DNA of 64,000 bases. Source: Heterodontus francisci (Eukaryota). Positions 26,171-38,550 of this stretch are shown here, piece after piece. The notes under the pieces were generated by a model. The model did no database searches. It was given only the letters and a program-made list of their open reading frames with translations, and had not been told where the DNA came from. Within the stretch, counting starts at the first letter, position 1. Each line of letters opens with the position of its first letter. The stretch spans positions 15,128,248 to 15,192,247 of the forward strand of contig NC_090418.1 in NCBI RefSeq assembly GCF_036365525.1, given 5' to 3'. A program made the position numbers and the translations under genes.

Positions 26171-26231
26171 CATCGTTCTGCCCAGCACAGGCGGTCAGGC
26201 AGGCAGCCAAAAGGATCAGCAGCCTCTTCAT
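26171..26231 (-). CDS. Pentraxin A signal-peptide exon (MKRLLILLAACLTACAGQND-G)
   Basis: ATG at 26231, hydrophobic signal peptide, phase-1 donor G|GTAAGG in frame with 20109; acceptor TTGTCACAG at 26241. Confidence 0.88.
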
Positions 26232-26310
26232 CTCCGGTTTCTGTGACAAGTAAAGCGGAGTTCACTGTCCCTGATGACAAAATGCAAGATTTGAGATGTT
26301 GAGACCCTCG

Positions 26311-27146
26311 TACACAGTCTAACCCATACTGATCCAATGTAAACCCTCACACACAGTCTAACCCATACTGATCCAATGTAAACCCACACACACAGTCTAA
26401 CCCATACTGATCCAATGTAAACCCTCACACACAGTCTAACCCATACTGATCCAATGTAAACCCACACACACAGTCTAACCCATACTGATCCAATGTAAAC
26501 CCATACACACAGTCTAACCCATACTGATCCAATGTAAACCCTCACACACAGTCTAACCCATACTGATCCAATGTAAACCCTCACACACAGTCTAACCCAT
26601 ACTGATCCAATGTAAACCCTCACACACAGTCTAACCCATACTGATCCAATGTAAACCCACACACACAGTCTAACCCATACTGATCCAATGTAAACCCATA
26701 CACACAGTCTAACCCATACTGATCCAATGTAAACCCTCACACACAGTCTAACCCATACTGATCCAATGTAAACCCTCACACACAGTCTAACCCATACTGA
26801 TCCAATGTAAACCCACACACACAGTCTAACCCATACTGATCCAATGTAAACCCTCACACACAGTCTAACCCATACTGATCCAATGTAAACCCACACACAC
26901 AGTCTAACCCATACTGATCCAATGTAAACCCACACACACAGTCTAACCCATACTGATCCAATGTAAACCCTCACACACAGTCTAACCCATACTGATCCAA
27001 TGTAAACCCTCACAGACAGTCTAACCCATACTGATCCAATGTAAACCCTCACACACAGTCTAACCCATACTGATCCAATGTAAACCCTCACAGACAGTCT
27101 AACCCATACTGATCCAATGTAAACCCTCACACACAGTCTAACCCAT
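26311..27146. repeat. 39-bp minisatellite, ~21 highly homogeneous copies
   Basis: Unit ACACAGTCTAACCCATACTGATCCAATGTAAACCCTCAC. Confidence 0.97.
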
Positions 27147-27289
27147 TACAAATTCCCCTCATGCAAACTCCACTTTAAAATACTCCTAAATAATCTTTTA
27201 GGAATGCACACACACACAAACAAATCATTCTCGAGCGTTACTGTTTGCTCATTTTAAACTGAACACAACCCTGCGTGGATTGCATCAGT

Positions 27290-27465
27290 CCAGTCACGGC
27301 TCAGTGGTCATGTGTTCTACTCTCAGTGTCAGTAAATCATGGATTCAAGTCCCTTTCTGGAGATTTGAGCTAATAATCTAAGCTGATTCTCCCAGTGCAG
27401 TACTGAGGGAGTGCTGCATTATCAGAGGGGCAGTACTGATGGAGTGCTGCACTGTTGGAGGGGCG
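27290..27465 (+). mobile_element. Deu-domain SINE fragment (SacSINE1/AmnSINE1-like)
   Basis: CCCAGTGCAGTACTGAGGGAGTGCTGCA core; further pieces at ~29520-30110 and (minus) ~53170-53245. Confidence 0.7.
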
Positions 27466-27469
27466 GGAC

Positions 27470-29035
27470 CAGTATCACAGTGGTTAGGTTACTGCACTGT
27501 TAATGCAAGGTCGTGGCCTAATGCTCTGGAGACATGGGTTCAAATTCAACCATAGCAGCTAGTGGAATTTAAATTCAATTAATTAATAAATCTGGGATTA
27601 AAAAGCTAGTCTCAGTAATGGTAAATGGCCTATCAAACCACTACAGAAAAGTTAAACAAGGATAAAACCAGACCTACCACCTGGCATCATCCTAGGCACT
27701 GGAAATGACAAAGCATTACTGTGTCCAGGTGACACTGCAAAGTCCTCCTCTCTAACATCTGGGGACTTGTTCCAAAATTGGGAGAGCTGTCTCACAGACT
27801 AGTCAAGAAACAGCCTATACAGTCATACCCACAGATTCATATCTTACAGTCAATATTCCAGACTCCTCCTCCATCATCATCCCTGGGTATGTTCTGTCCC
27901 AGGACAGTTACACCAGAGGTGTTGGTATAGAGTTGGGAGGGTGTGACCCTGGGGGTCCTCAGCATTGACTCCGAACTACATGAAATCTAATGCCATCAGG
28001 TCAAAGATGGGCAAGGAAATTACCACCTACTGCCCTCCCTCAGCTGATCGATCAGTGTTCCTCCATGTTCAACACCACTTAGAAGATGCACTGAGCATAG
28101 CAAGGGCACAGAATGTACTCTGGATGGGATTCAATGCTCATTACCAAGAGTGACTCGGTAACACCACTACTGAGAGAGCTGACTGGGCCTGCGGCAGGTG
28201 GTTAGAGAACCAAAAAGAGGGAAAAACGTATTTGCCCTCACCAATCTACCTGTCACAAATGCATCTGTCCATGACATTACTGGTAGGAGTTTGGGTTCTG
28301 CCAGAGTCACTCAGCTCCAGAACTCATTAACATCTTAATCCGAACATGGAGAAAAGATCTGAACTCCAGAGGTGAGGTGAGAGTGATTGCCCTTGACATC
28401 AAGGCAGTATTTGACCAAGTGTGGTATCAAAGAGCTGTAGTAAAAATGGAGTCAACGGGAATCAGGGGAAAAACTCTCTGCTGGTTGGAGTCATACCTAG
28501 CACAAAGGAAGATGGTTGTGGTTGTTGCAGCCCAATCATCTCAACCCCAGGACATCACTGCAGATGTTCCTTGGGGTAGTGTCCTAATGACAGCCATGTT
28601 CAGCTGTTTCATCAATGACATTCCCTCCATCGTAAGGTCAGAAGTGGGGATGTTCGCTGATGATTGCACAATGTTCAGCACCATTCGCAACTCCTCAGAT
28701 ACTACAGCAATCCATGCCCGCATGCAGCAAGACCTGGGCAGCAGTCAGGGTTGGGCTGATAAGTGGCAAATAACATTCGCACCACATAAGTGGCGGACAA
28801 TAACCATCTCCAACAAGAGAGAATCTAACCATCTCCCCTTGGCATTCAATGGCATTACCATCTCTGAATTCCCCACTATCAACATCCTGGGGTCACCATT
28901 GACCAGAAACTTAACTGGACCATCCTTATAAATACTGTGGCGACGAGAGCAGGTCAGAGGCTGGGAATCCTGCAGTGAGAAACTCACCTCCTGACTCCCC
29001 AAAGTCTGTCCACCATCTACAAGGCACAAGTCCAG
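27470..29035 (+). mobile_element. tRNA-headed LINE, decayed (head, APE, RT)
   Basis: GGGTTCAAATTC head, APE DNA from ~27740, and ALDIKAVFD...MFADD ORF. Confidence 0.85.
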
Positions 29036-29515
29036 AGTGAATGTCAAGGGCAGATGGTTAGATTCTCTCTTATAGGCGATCGTCATTGCCTGGCACTCGT
29101 GTGGCATGAATGTTACTTACCACTTATCAGCCCAAGCCTGGATCTTGTCCAGGTCTTTCTGCGTAGGACACGGACAGCTTCAGTATCTGAGGAGTTGCCA
29201 ATGGTACTGAACATGGTACACTCATCAGCGAACATCCCCACTTCTGACTTTATGACGGAGGGAAGGTCATTCATGAAACAGGTAAAGATGGTTAGGCCTA
29301 TGACACTACCCTGAGGAACTGCTGAAGCAATGTCCTGGGGAATGAGATCATTGGCCTCCAAGAACCACAACCATCTTCCTTTCTGCTAGGTATAACTCCA
29401 ACTAATGGAGAATTTTCCCCTGATTCCTATTGACTTGGTTTGGCACGAGCTCACTCATGTCACACTCAGTCAAATGCTGCCTTGATATCAAGACTCTCAG
29501 CTCACCTCGAGGTCC
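29036..29515 (-). mobile_element. Inverted fragment of the same LINE (RT region)
   Basis: PQGSVIG...MFADE on the minus strand; mirrors 28380-28850. Confidence 0.85.
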
Positions 29516-30607
29516 GTATTGAGGAAGCGCTGCACTGTCAGAGGGACAATACTGAGGGAATGTGACACTGTTGGAGCGTCAGTACTGAGGGAATGCACAG
29601 GTTTGGACGGGCAGTACTGAGGGAGTGCTGCACTGTTGAAGGGGCTGTCTCTCAGATAGAATAGAATCATTGAACGGTTACAGCACAGAAGGAGGCCATT
29701 TGGCCCATTGTGGCCGGGTCTCTGCAAGAGCAACTCAGCTCATCCCACTCTCCTGCCCTTTCCCCGTGGCGCTACAATTTCTTTTCTCTTCAGAGCTGAT
29801 CCAGTTCCCTTTTGAAAACCATGATGGAATCTGCATCTACCAGACTCTCAGGCAGTGATGAAACGTCAAACCAAGGAGCCAGTCTGCTCTCGCAGGTGAA
29901 TGCGGAGATACTGTGTCATATTTATAGAGGAGCATGGATGTTCTCCCCAGTGTCCAGGACCAATAATAATGCCTGAACAAACACTGTAAACAGATTATCC
30001 AATCAGCTATCCAATTCCTGTTTCGGTCACCTTGCTGCCCAAGATTTGGCTGTTTCCCTTCAATGGTAACAACACTTCCAAAGTACAGTAAAATGATCTG
30101 GGAGATTCTGAGATGGACACTGGAGCTTTGATAGAGATTTTCACAACCGTGAGTTGTCCGGACAGAGTAGATAGGGAGAAAACGGTTTCTGCCCGGGCGT
30201 GTGGTAAAGGCAGATTCAATTGAGGCATTCAAACTGGATAATTATCTGAAGAGAAAAAAAATTGCAGGGCTTATGGAGGAAAGACAGGGGAGCGGGACCC
30301 GGTGAGTTGCTCTTGCAGAGAGGCGGCACAGACACGATGGGCCGAATGGCCACCTTCTGTGCTGTAACTGTTCTCTGATTAACTATCACCAGAAGCAAAC
30401 TAGCGTCTTCTTGTCCTGCAGAATGTTACAAGCTGATTTTTGAATTTTTGCAGAATTCTCTCTCTCGCGCAAGTTTTGGGTATATTTGACACAAAACACA
30501 AGATATTGGTGACACTCTGCGACGGCAACAAGGAGTATTCAATTTGAGCGATTCTACACACCCAACCTTCTAGAAATCCTGCACAAGGAGACACAGGGTT
30601 CACTTAC

Positions 30608-30715
30608 CCGAGAATCCAAGTCAAATGAAAACTTCAGCTGCTCGGCAGATGGAGTCGTGAATGTGCTGCACTTTATATACAGCAGAGATGTCCTGTTATC
30701 ACGGCAGGCCAATGG
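30608..30715 (-). promoter_or_regulatory. Putative pentraxin A promoter and non-coding exon 1
   Basis: Minus-strand TATATAAAG (30671-30679), GATA site, CCAAT (~30709), then a ~40-nt exon ending at the consensus donor G|GTAAGT (30607). Confidence 0.6.
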
Positions 30716-30944
30716 GTAGGAGCATACTGGCAGGATGTGAAGATAGCAGAGTGTACAGTGGTTCGGGGCAGCATTCCATGTCACAGTCACTGTCCTTGAG
30801 AAGGGTCACCTTAACCTGCTCTGTAACTTCATCAGAAAGGCAATGTAAACAGTGAAATCGTGTCTTTCGAACCAACAGTGAACTGTTCCAAAACTGACAA
30901 CTACTCCAGTGACCACTCGGAATAACCAATTCATCTCCGAGGAA

Positions 30945-31668
30945 CACCCTGTAAACACTGATCCGCAAATACTGACATACTTCCCGGGACCCCCCCTGTA
31001 GAGACATCCTGCAAATACTGACACACTCCCAGGGAACCCTTATAAATACTGACAGACTCCATGGGACTCTGTGTAAATACTGACACATTCCCAGGGACCT
31101 CCTTGGAAATTCTGACATACGCCCAGGGATTCACTGTAAGTACTGACACATTCCCCAGGAATCCTTGTAAATACTGACACACTTGCAGAGACTCTCTGTA
31201 AATGTTAACACATTCACAGGGACCCCCTGTAAATGCTCACATACTCCAGAGGACTCCGTGCAAATACTGGCACACTCTCAGAGGCCCCCTGTAAATACTG
31301 ACACAATCCCAGGGACCCCTTGTTAAAAACTGCGCACTTCTAGATAACCCTGAACATTGTGACACTCTCCCAGTGATCCCCTCTGACGACTGACACAATC
31401 CCAGGGAATATTGTAAATTCAGACATGGCAAGGGACTGTCTGCAAATACTGACGCATTCCCCAACGACCCCCTGTAAACACTGACACACTCCCAGGGACC
31501 CCTGTAAATACTGTTGCACTCCCAGGGACCCTCTATAAATACTGTCACTCTCTCAGGGACCTCCCCTGCAAATGTAGACGCAATCCCAGAGACCCCCCTG
31601 TAAACGCTGACAAATACCTAGAGACTCCCTGTAAATACTGATTCAGTCCCAGGGACTGCCTGCAAACA
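30945..31668. repeat. Degenerate ~32-33-bp minisatellite (~21 copies) rich in forkhead-like motifs
   Basis: Consensus CCCTGTAAATACTGACACACTCCCAGGGACC. Confidence 0.88.
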
Positions 31669-31679
31669 TATGATTATAT

Positions 31680-31965
31680 GAATGTAAGAAATAGGGACAA
31701 GAGTAGACCATTCGACCCTTTGAGTCTGCTCTGCCATTCCATATGATCATGGCTGATCCTCAGTCTCAACTCCACTTTCCCTGCCGCTCCCCATATCCCT
31801 TGATTCCCTGAAAGAGCAAAAATCTATCTTAAATTTAAATATATTCAATGATGAAGCATCCATAACCCTCTGGAGCAGAGAATTCCAAAGATTCATAACC
31901 CTTTGCGCGAAGAAATCTCTCCTCATCTCAGTCCTAAATGATCGACCCCTCATCCTGAGACTGTC
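31680..31965 (-). mobile_element. CR1-like LINE 3' end
   Basis: FRTEMRRDFFAQRV ORF and tail. Confidence 0.85.
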
Positions 31966-31969
31966 CATA

Positions 31970-34860
31970 GAAAAAAAAATACAGCACAGAAGGAGGCCAT
32001 TCAGCCCACCGTGTCTGTGCTGGCTGCAAACTAGCCGCCCAATCTAATTCCACCTTCCAGCACCTGGTCCATAGCCTTGCAGGTTACAGCATTTCAGATG
32101 CATGTCCATGTATCTTTTAAAAGAATTGAGGGTTTCTGCATCCGCCACCTTTCATGGCAATGAATTCCAGACACCCACCATCCTCTGGTGAAAATGCTTC
32201 CCCCTCATGTCCCCTCCAATCCTTCTACCAATCATCTTAAATCTGTGCCCCCTGGTAATTGACCTCTCTGCTAGGGGAAACAGGTCCTTCCTGTCTACTC
32301 TATCTAGGCCCCTCATAATCTTGCACACCTCAATTAAGTCACCCCACAGCCTCCTCTGTTCTAAGGAAAACAACTCTAGCCTATCCAATCTTTCCTCATA
32401 GCTGAAACTTTCAAGCCCTGGCAACATTCTTGTAAATCTCTTCTGTACTCGCTCCAGAGCAATTATGTCCTTTCTGTAATGTGGTGACCAGAACTGTACA
32501 CAATACTCCAGCTGTGGCCTAACCAGCATTTTATACAGTTCCAGCATTACATCCCTGCTTTTGTATTCTACACCTTGGCCAATAAAGGAAAGCATTCCAC
32601 ATGCCTTCTTCACCACTCTATCTACCTGTCCTGCCACCTTCAGGGACCTGTGGACATGCACTCCAAGGTCTCTCACTTCTTCTACCCCTCTCAATATCCT
32701 CCCATTTATTTTCCCTCTCCAAATGCATTACCTCACACTTATCTGGATTGAATTACCAAACCATTGATATCATTCTGGAGTCTACAGCTCTCCTCTTCAC
32801 TATCGATGACATGGCCAATTTTTGTGTCATCAGCAAATTTCCCAATCATGCCTCCCACATTTAAGTCCAAATCATTAATATATATCACAAACAGAAAGGG
32901 ACCCAACACTGAGCCCTGTGGAACGCCACAGGAAACAGCTTTCCATTCATAAAAACATCCGTCCACTACTACCCTTTGTTTCCTGGCTCTGAACCAATTC
33001 TGGATCCAACCTGCCACATTCCCCTGTATCCCATGTGCTTTCATTTCACTGACCAGCCTGCCATGTGGGACCTTGTCAAATGCCTTACTAAAATCCATGT
33101 AGACCACATCCACTGCACTCCCTAATCAATCCTTCTTGTCACTTCCTCAAAAAACTCAATCAAGTTAGTAAGACATGACCTTCCCTTAATAAATCTATGC
33201 TGATTATCTGATTATGTGCCTTTCTAAGTGGCAGTATATCCTGTTCCTCAGAATAGATTCTAATAACTTACCCACCACTGAGGTCAGACTGACCAGCCTA
33301 TAATTATTTGGCCTATCTCTTACACCCTTTTTAAACAATGGTACAACATTCGCAGACCTCCAATCCGCTGGCACCTTGCCTGTATCTAGTGAGGATTTGA
33401 AGATAATCCTCAGCGCATCCGCTATTTCCTCCCTGGCTTCCGTTAACATCCTGGGATGTAGTCCATCTGGCCTGGTGATTTATCCACTTTCAAGGATGTC
33501 AGACCTTCCAGTACTTCCTCTCTCATTATGCTTATCATGTCTAATATTTCACACTCCTCCTCTTTAACTACAATGTACATGAAGAGAGAGACAAAAAACT
33601 CATTAAGAACCCTGCCCACATCTTCTGCATTCACGCACAAGTTCCCTTGTACAGCTCTGATAGGCCCTACCCTTTCCTTAGTTATCCTCTTGCTCTTAAT
33701 GTACTGATAAAACATCTTCAGGTTTTCCTTGATTTTACCTGCCAATAATTTTTCATGTCCTCTCTTTGCTTTTCTAATTTCCTTTTTCAATTGACCCCCC
33801 CCCCCCCCCACCCCCTGCACTTTCTATACTCCCCTAGGCTTTCTAAAGTATTAAGATTTTTATGATCGTCATAAGCTTTCTTTTTCTGCTTTAACTTACC
33901 CTGTAAGCTTCTAGATAACCAGGGCGCTATAGATTTGGCAGTACCGCCCTTTATCTTTGTGAGGACATGCCTACACTGTGCTTGTAGAATCTCGCTTTTG
34001 AATGCCTCCCACTTGTTTGCGACTGATTTTCCTTCAAGTCGCTGTATCCAGTCCACTTTCACACGTCACCTCCCAGCTTCTTAAAATTCACCTTGCCCCC
34101 AATTTAGAACTTTTACTCCTGTTTTATCTTTGTCCTTTTCCATGATTATGTTGAAACTTACCGTATTATGGTCACTATCTCCAAAATGGTCACACACTGT
34201 TATTTCCTCCACTTGTCCAGCTTCATCACTGAAGATTAAATCTAGAATTGCACCCCCTCTCATTGGGCTTGTTATGTGCTGGCTAAAAAAGTTCTCTTGA
34301 ACATAGTTCAAGAATTTTGTCCCCTCTGTGCCCTTCACACTATTTGTATCCCAGTTGATATTGGGATAGTTGAAATCCCCAACTATTATTGCCCTATAAT
34401 TTTTGCACTCAGAAATGTGCCTCCATATTTGTTCTTCTCCCTCCCTCTCACTATTTGGGGGTCTATGATACACTCCCAGTAGTGTGGCTGCCCCTTTTTT
34501 TAATTTGAGCTCCACCCATATGATGATTCATTTAGCACATCATCCCTCCTCAAAGCTGTTATTGATTCCTTAACTAATAATGCTACACCCCCTCCTTTCT
34601 TATCTTCCTCTCTATCACGCCTGAAAACTCTATATCCAGGGATGTTGATTTGCCGTTCCTGCCCCTCCTTAAGCCAAGTTTCCGTTATAGCAAGGATATC
34701 ATGTTGCCATGTGTCAATCTGTGCCCTCAGCTCATCGGCTTTATTTTCTATACTCCTTGCATTTAGATAAATACCTTTTAATGCTGCCGAATTCCTGTGC
34801 TGCACACTTTTTAACCTTCGCTTCTTCAGAGTCACTCGCTAATTTTCTGCCTCCTGTTCA
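31970..34860 (-). mobile_element. CR1-like LINE, nearly complete but frameshifted ORF2 (APE+RT)
   Basis: YLNARSI, ITETWL, GDFN, SDHN, DFSKAFDKV, PQGSVLGP, FADD and a 3' tail. Confidence 0.93.
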
Positions 34861-35179
34861 CCCCATGTTCCAGATTCCCGAGCCAGGGGAAACAACCTCT
34901 CAGTGCTGTCAAGCCTGTTTCAGAATCTTTTATGTTTCAATGAGATCACTATTAATTGCTAAAAACTCCACAGAAAGTATAGGCCCAAGTTATTCAGTCT
35001 CGCATCATAGGACAATGATCTCATCCCAGGGACCAATCTAGGGAACCTTTGTTGTACAGCCTCCAAGACAAGTAGATCCTTTATTAAATATTGAGACCAA
35101 AACTTGGAAGTATTGTGAACTGTGAGGAGGATAATGATAAACTTCAAGAGGACATAAGGTGGTAGAATGAGCGGACAAC

Positions 35180-36795
35180 TAGTGAGAGGGACCTGGTCGT
35201 TTGTGAGGACAGCGTGGAACAGGCTGATATGCTCGAACAGGTTGAGGTTAAGAGGGAGGATGTGCTGGAAATTTTGAATGATATGAGGACAGTTAAGTCC
35301 CCGGGGCCAGACGGGATATACACAAGGATATTACGGGAAGCGAGGGAAGAGATTGCTGCGCCTTTGGCGATGATCTTTGCATCTTCACTGTCCACTGGAG
35401 TAGTACCGGATGATTGGAGGGTGGCAAATGTTGTTCCCTTGTTCAAGAAAGGGAATAAAGATAACCCTGGGAATTATAGACCAGTCAGTCTTACGTCAGT
35501 AGTGGGCAAATTATTGGAGAGGATTCTGAGAGACAGGATTTATGATTACTTGGAAAAGCATAGTTTGATTAGAGACAGTCAGCATGGCTTTGTGAGGGGC
35601 AGGTCATGCCTCACAAGCCTTATTGAATTCTTTGAAGATGTGACAAAACACATTGATGAAGGAAGAGCAGTGGATGTGGTGTATATGGATTTTAGCAAGG
35701 CGTTTGATAAGGTTCCCCATGGTAGGCTCATTCAGAAAGTAAGGAGGCATGGGATTCAGGGAAAGTTGGCTGTCTGGATACAAAATTGGCTGGCCCATAG
35801 AAGTCAGAGGGTGGTAGTAGATGGAAAGTATTCAGCATGGAGCTCGGTGACCAGTGGTGTTCCACAAGGATCTGTTCTGGGACCTCTGCTCTTTGTGATT
35901 TTTGTAAATGACTTGGATGAGGAAGTGGAAGGCTGGGTTAGCAAGTTTGCCGATGACACGAAGGTTGCTGGAGTTCTGGATAGTGTGGAAGGCTGTTGTA
36001 GGTTGCAACGGGACATTGACAGGATGCAGAGCTGGGCTGAGAAGTGGCAGATGGAGTTCAACCTGGAAAAGTGTGAAGTGATTCATTTTGGAAGGTCGAA
36101 TTTGAATGCGGAATACAGGTTTAAAGACAGGATTCTTGGTAGTGTGGAGGAACAGAGGGAGCTTGGGGTCCATGTCCATAGATCGCTCAAAGTTGCCACC
36201 CAAGTTGATAGGGTTGTTAAGAAGGCGTATGGTGTGTTGGCTTTCATTAACAGGGGGATTGAGTTTAAGAGCCGCGAGGTTATGCTGCAGCTCTATAAGG
36301 CCCTGGTTCAACCACACTTGGAATATTGTGTTCAGTTCTGGTCGCCTCATTATAGGAAGGATGTGGAAGCTTTAGAGAGGGTGCAGTGGAGATTTACCAG
36401 TTTGCTGCCTGGACTGGAGGGCATGTCCTACGAAGAAAGATTGAGGGAGCTAGGGCTTTTCTCATTGGAGCGAAGAAGGATGAGAGGTGACTTGATAGAG
36501 GGGTACAAGATGATGAGAGGCATAGATAGAGTGGATAGTCAGAGACTTTTTCCCAGGGTGGAAAGGGCTATCACCAGGGGGCATAATTTTAAGGTGATTG
36601 GAGGAAGGTTTCGGGGAGATGCCAGCGGTGGTAGTAGAAGCAGATACATTAGGGGCATTTAAGCGACTCTTGGATAGGTACATGGATGATTGTAGAATGA
36701 AGGGTAGGTGGTTAGTTTGATCTTAGAGTAGGTTAAAGGTTCGGCACAACATCGTGGGCCGAAGGGCCTGTACTGTGCTGTACTGTTCTATGTTC
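35180..36795 (+). mobile_element. Young 5'-truncated CR1-like LINE with a 482-aa open RT frame
   Basis: Uninterrupted RT domain 35214-36662; tail GGGCCGAAGGGCCTGTACTGTGCTGTACTGTTCTATGTTC; inserted within an older CR1. Confidence 0.95.
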
Positions 36796-36807
36796 TAAGT
36801 GGCAGTT

Positions 36808-36965
36808 GAATAATAAAAGCAAAATACTGCAGATGCTGAAAATCTGAAATAAAAACAGAAAGTGCTGGAAATACTCATCCAAAGGTCACAGACCTGAAAT
36901 GTTAACTCTGTTTCTCCCTCCACAGATGCTGCCAGACCTGCTGAGTAATTCCAGCACTTTGTTTG
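36808..36965. mobile_element. Short palindromic Penelope-terminal-derived element
   Basis: AAAGTGCTGGAAATACTCA ... TGAGTAATTCCAGCACTTT inverted arms around GGTCACAGACCTGAAA; flanked by a TGGCAG duplication. Confidence 0.65.
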
Positions 36966-37062
36966 AAATGGCAGATGCAATTCAATGCAGAAAAGTGAGA
37001 AGTGATTCATTTTGCTAGGAATAATGAAGACAGGCAATATAAATTAAATGGTACAATTCTAA

Positions 37063-37710
37063 AGTGGTCAAGAAGGCATACGACATGCTTTCCTTCATCG
37101 GACGGGGTATTGAGTACAAGAGTTGGCAGGTCATGTTACAGTTGTATAGGACTTTGGTTCGGCCACATTTGGAATACTGCGTGCAGTTCTGGTCGCCACA
37201 TTACCAAAAGGATGTGGATGCTTTGGAGAGGGTGCAGAGGAGGTTCACCAGGATGTTGCCTGGTATGGAGGGCACTAGCTATGAAGAGAGGTTGAGTAGA
37301 TTAGGATTATTTTCATTAGAAAGACGGAGGTTGAGGGGGGACCTGATTGAGGTGCACAAAATCATGAGAGGTATAGACAGGTTGGATAGCAAGAAGCTTT
37401 TTCCCCAGAGTGGGGGATCCAATTACTAGGGGACACGAGTTCAAAGTGAAAGGGGAAAAGTTTAGGGGGGATATGCGTGGAAAGTTCTTTACGCAGAGGG
37501 TGGTGGGTGCCTGGAACGCGTTGCCAGCGGAGGTGGTAGACGCGGGCACGATAGCGTCTTTTAAGATGTATCTAGACAGATACATGAATGGGCAGGAAGT
37601 AAAGAGATACAGACCCTTAGAAAATAGGTGACAGGTTTAGATAGAGGATCTGGATCGGCGTAGGCTTGAAGGGCCTGTTCCTGTGCTGTAATTATCTTTG
37701 TTCTTTGTTC
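37063..37710 (+). mobile_element. CR1-like LINE 3' end nested in an older CR1 (host spans ~35110-38370)
   Basis: PHLEYCVQFWSP motif; TTCTAAAG duplicated at both junctions. Confidence 0.88.
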
Positions 37711-38004
37711 TAAAGGGGTGCAGGAGCAGAGGGACCTGGGGTATATATGCACAAATCACTGAAGGTGGCAGGCAGGTTGAGAAAGCATAAGGGATCCTGG
37801 ACTTTATAAATAGGGGCATATAATACAAGAACAAGGAAGTTTTGATAAACCCACATAATTCATTGGCTTGGCCTCCAGTTGCGTCCAGTTCTAGGTGCCA
37901 CACTTTAGGTGGGATGTTAAGGCATTAGAGAGTGCAGAAAAGATTCACGAGAATGGTTGCAGGGATGAGGAACAACAGTTACATGGTTATATTGGAGAAT
38001 CTTT

Positions 38005-38330
38005 GGGGCGGCACAGTGGCGCAGTGGTTAGCACCGCAGCCTCACAGCTCCAGCGGCCCGGGTTTGGTTCTGGGTACTGTCTGCGCGGAGTTTGCAAGTT
38101 CTCCCTGTGACCGCGTGGTTTTCCCCCGGGTGCTCCGGTTTCCCCCCACAGCCAAAGACTTGCAGGTTGATAGGTAAATTGGCCATTGTAAATTGCCCCT
38201 AGTGTAGGTAGGAGAATGGTGGGGATTTGGTCGGGAATATGGGATTAATGTAGGATTAGCATAAGTGGTTGTTGGTCAGCACAGACTCGGTGGGCCGAAG
38301 GGCCTGTTTCAGTGCTATCTCTCTCTATGA
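38005..38330 (+). mobile_element. tRNA-derived SINE (HE1/V-SINE-like)
   Basis: Same head, body and tail as the other copies. Confidence 0.9.
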
Positions 38331-38454
38331 TAATCTGGGGCTGTTCTCCTCGGATTAGATTAAGAGAAGATTTGATAGAGTTGTTTTTTTATTGCAATGT
38401 GATTTTATTAAACATTTTGAATTATTTCTTTAAATGTTTTGTATTGTTTATATT

Positions 38455-38550
38455 CTTTCTTTCTTTTCTTTTGGGCCTCCTTATCTCGAGAGACAATGGA
38501 TACGCGCCTGGAGGTGGTCAGTGGTTTGTGAAGCAGCGCCTGGAGTGTTT
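38455..38550 (-). mobile_element. RTE-type LINE extreme 3' end
   Basis: Matches the 48110-48215 segment. Confidence 0.6.

Noticed and set aside
26228-27130. 300-aa hydrophobic repeat ORF
   Set aside because: Translation of the 39-bp minisatellite; not in frame with the pentraxin signal exon
35214-36662. 482-aa RT ORF as a domesticated gene
   Set aside because: 5'-truncated CR1 lacking the endonuclease, with a typical tail; simply a young copy
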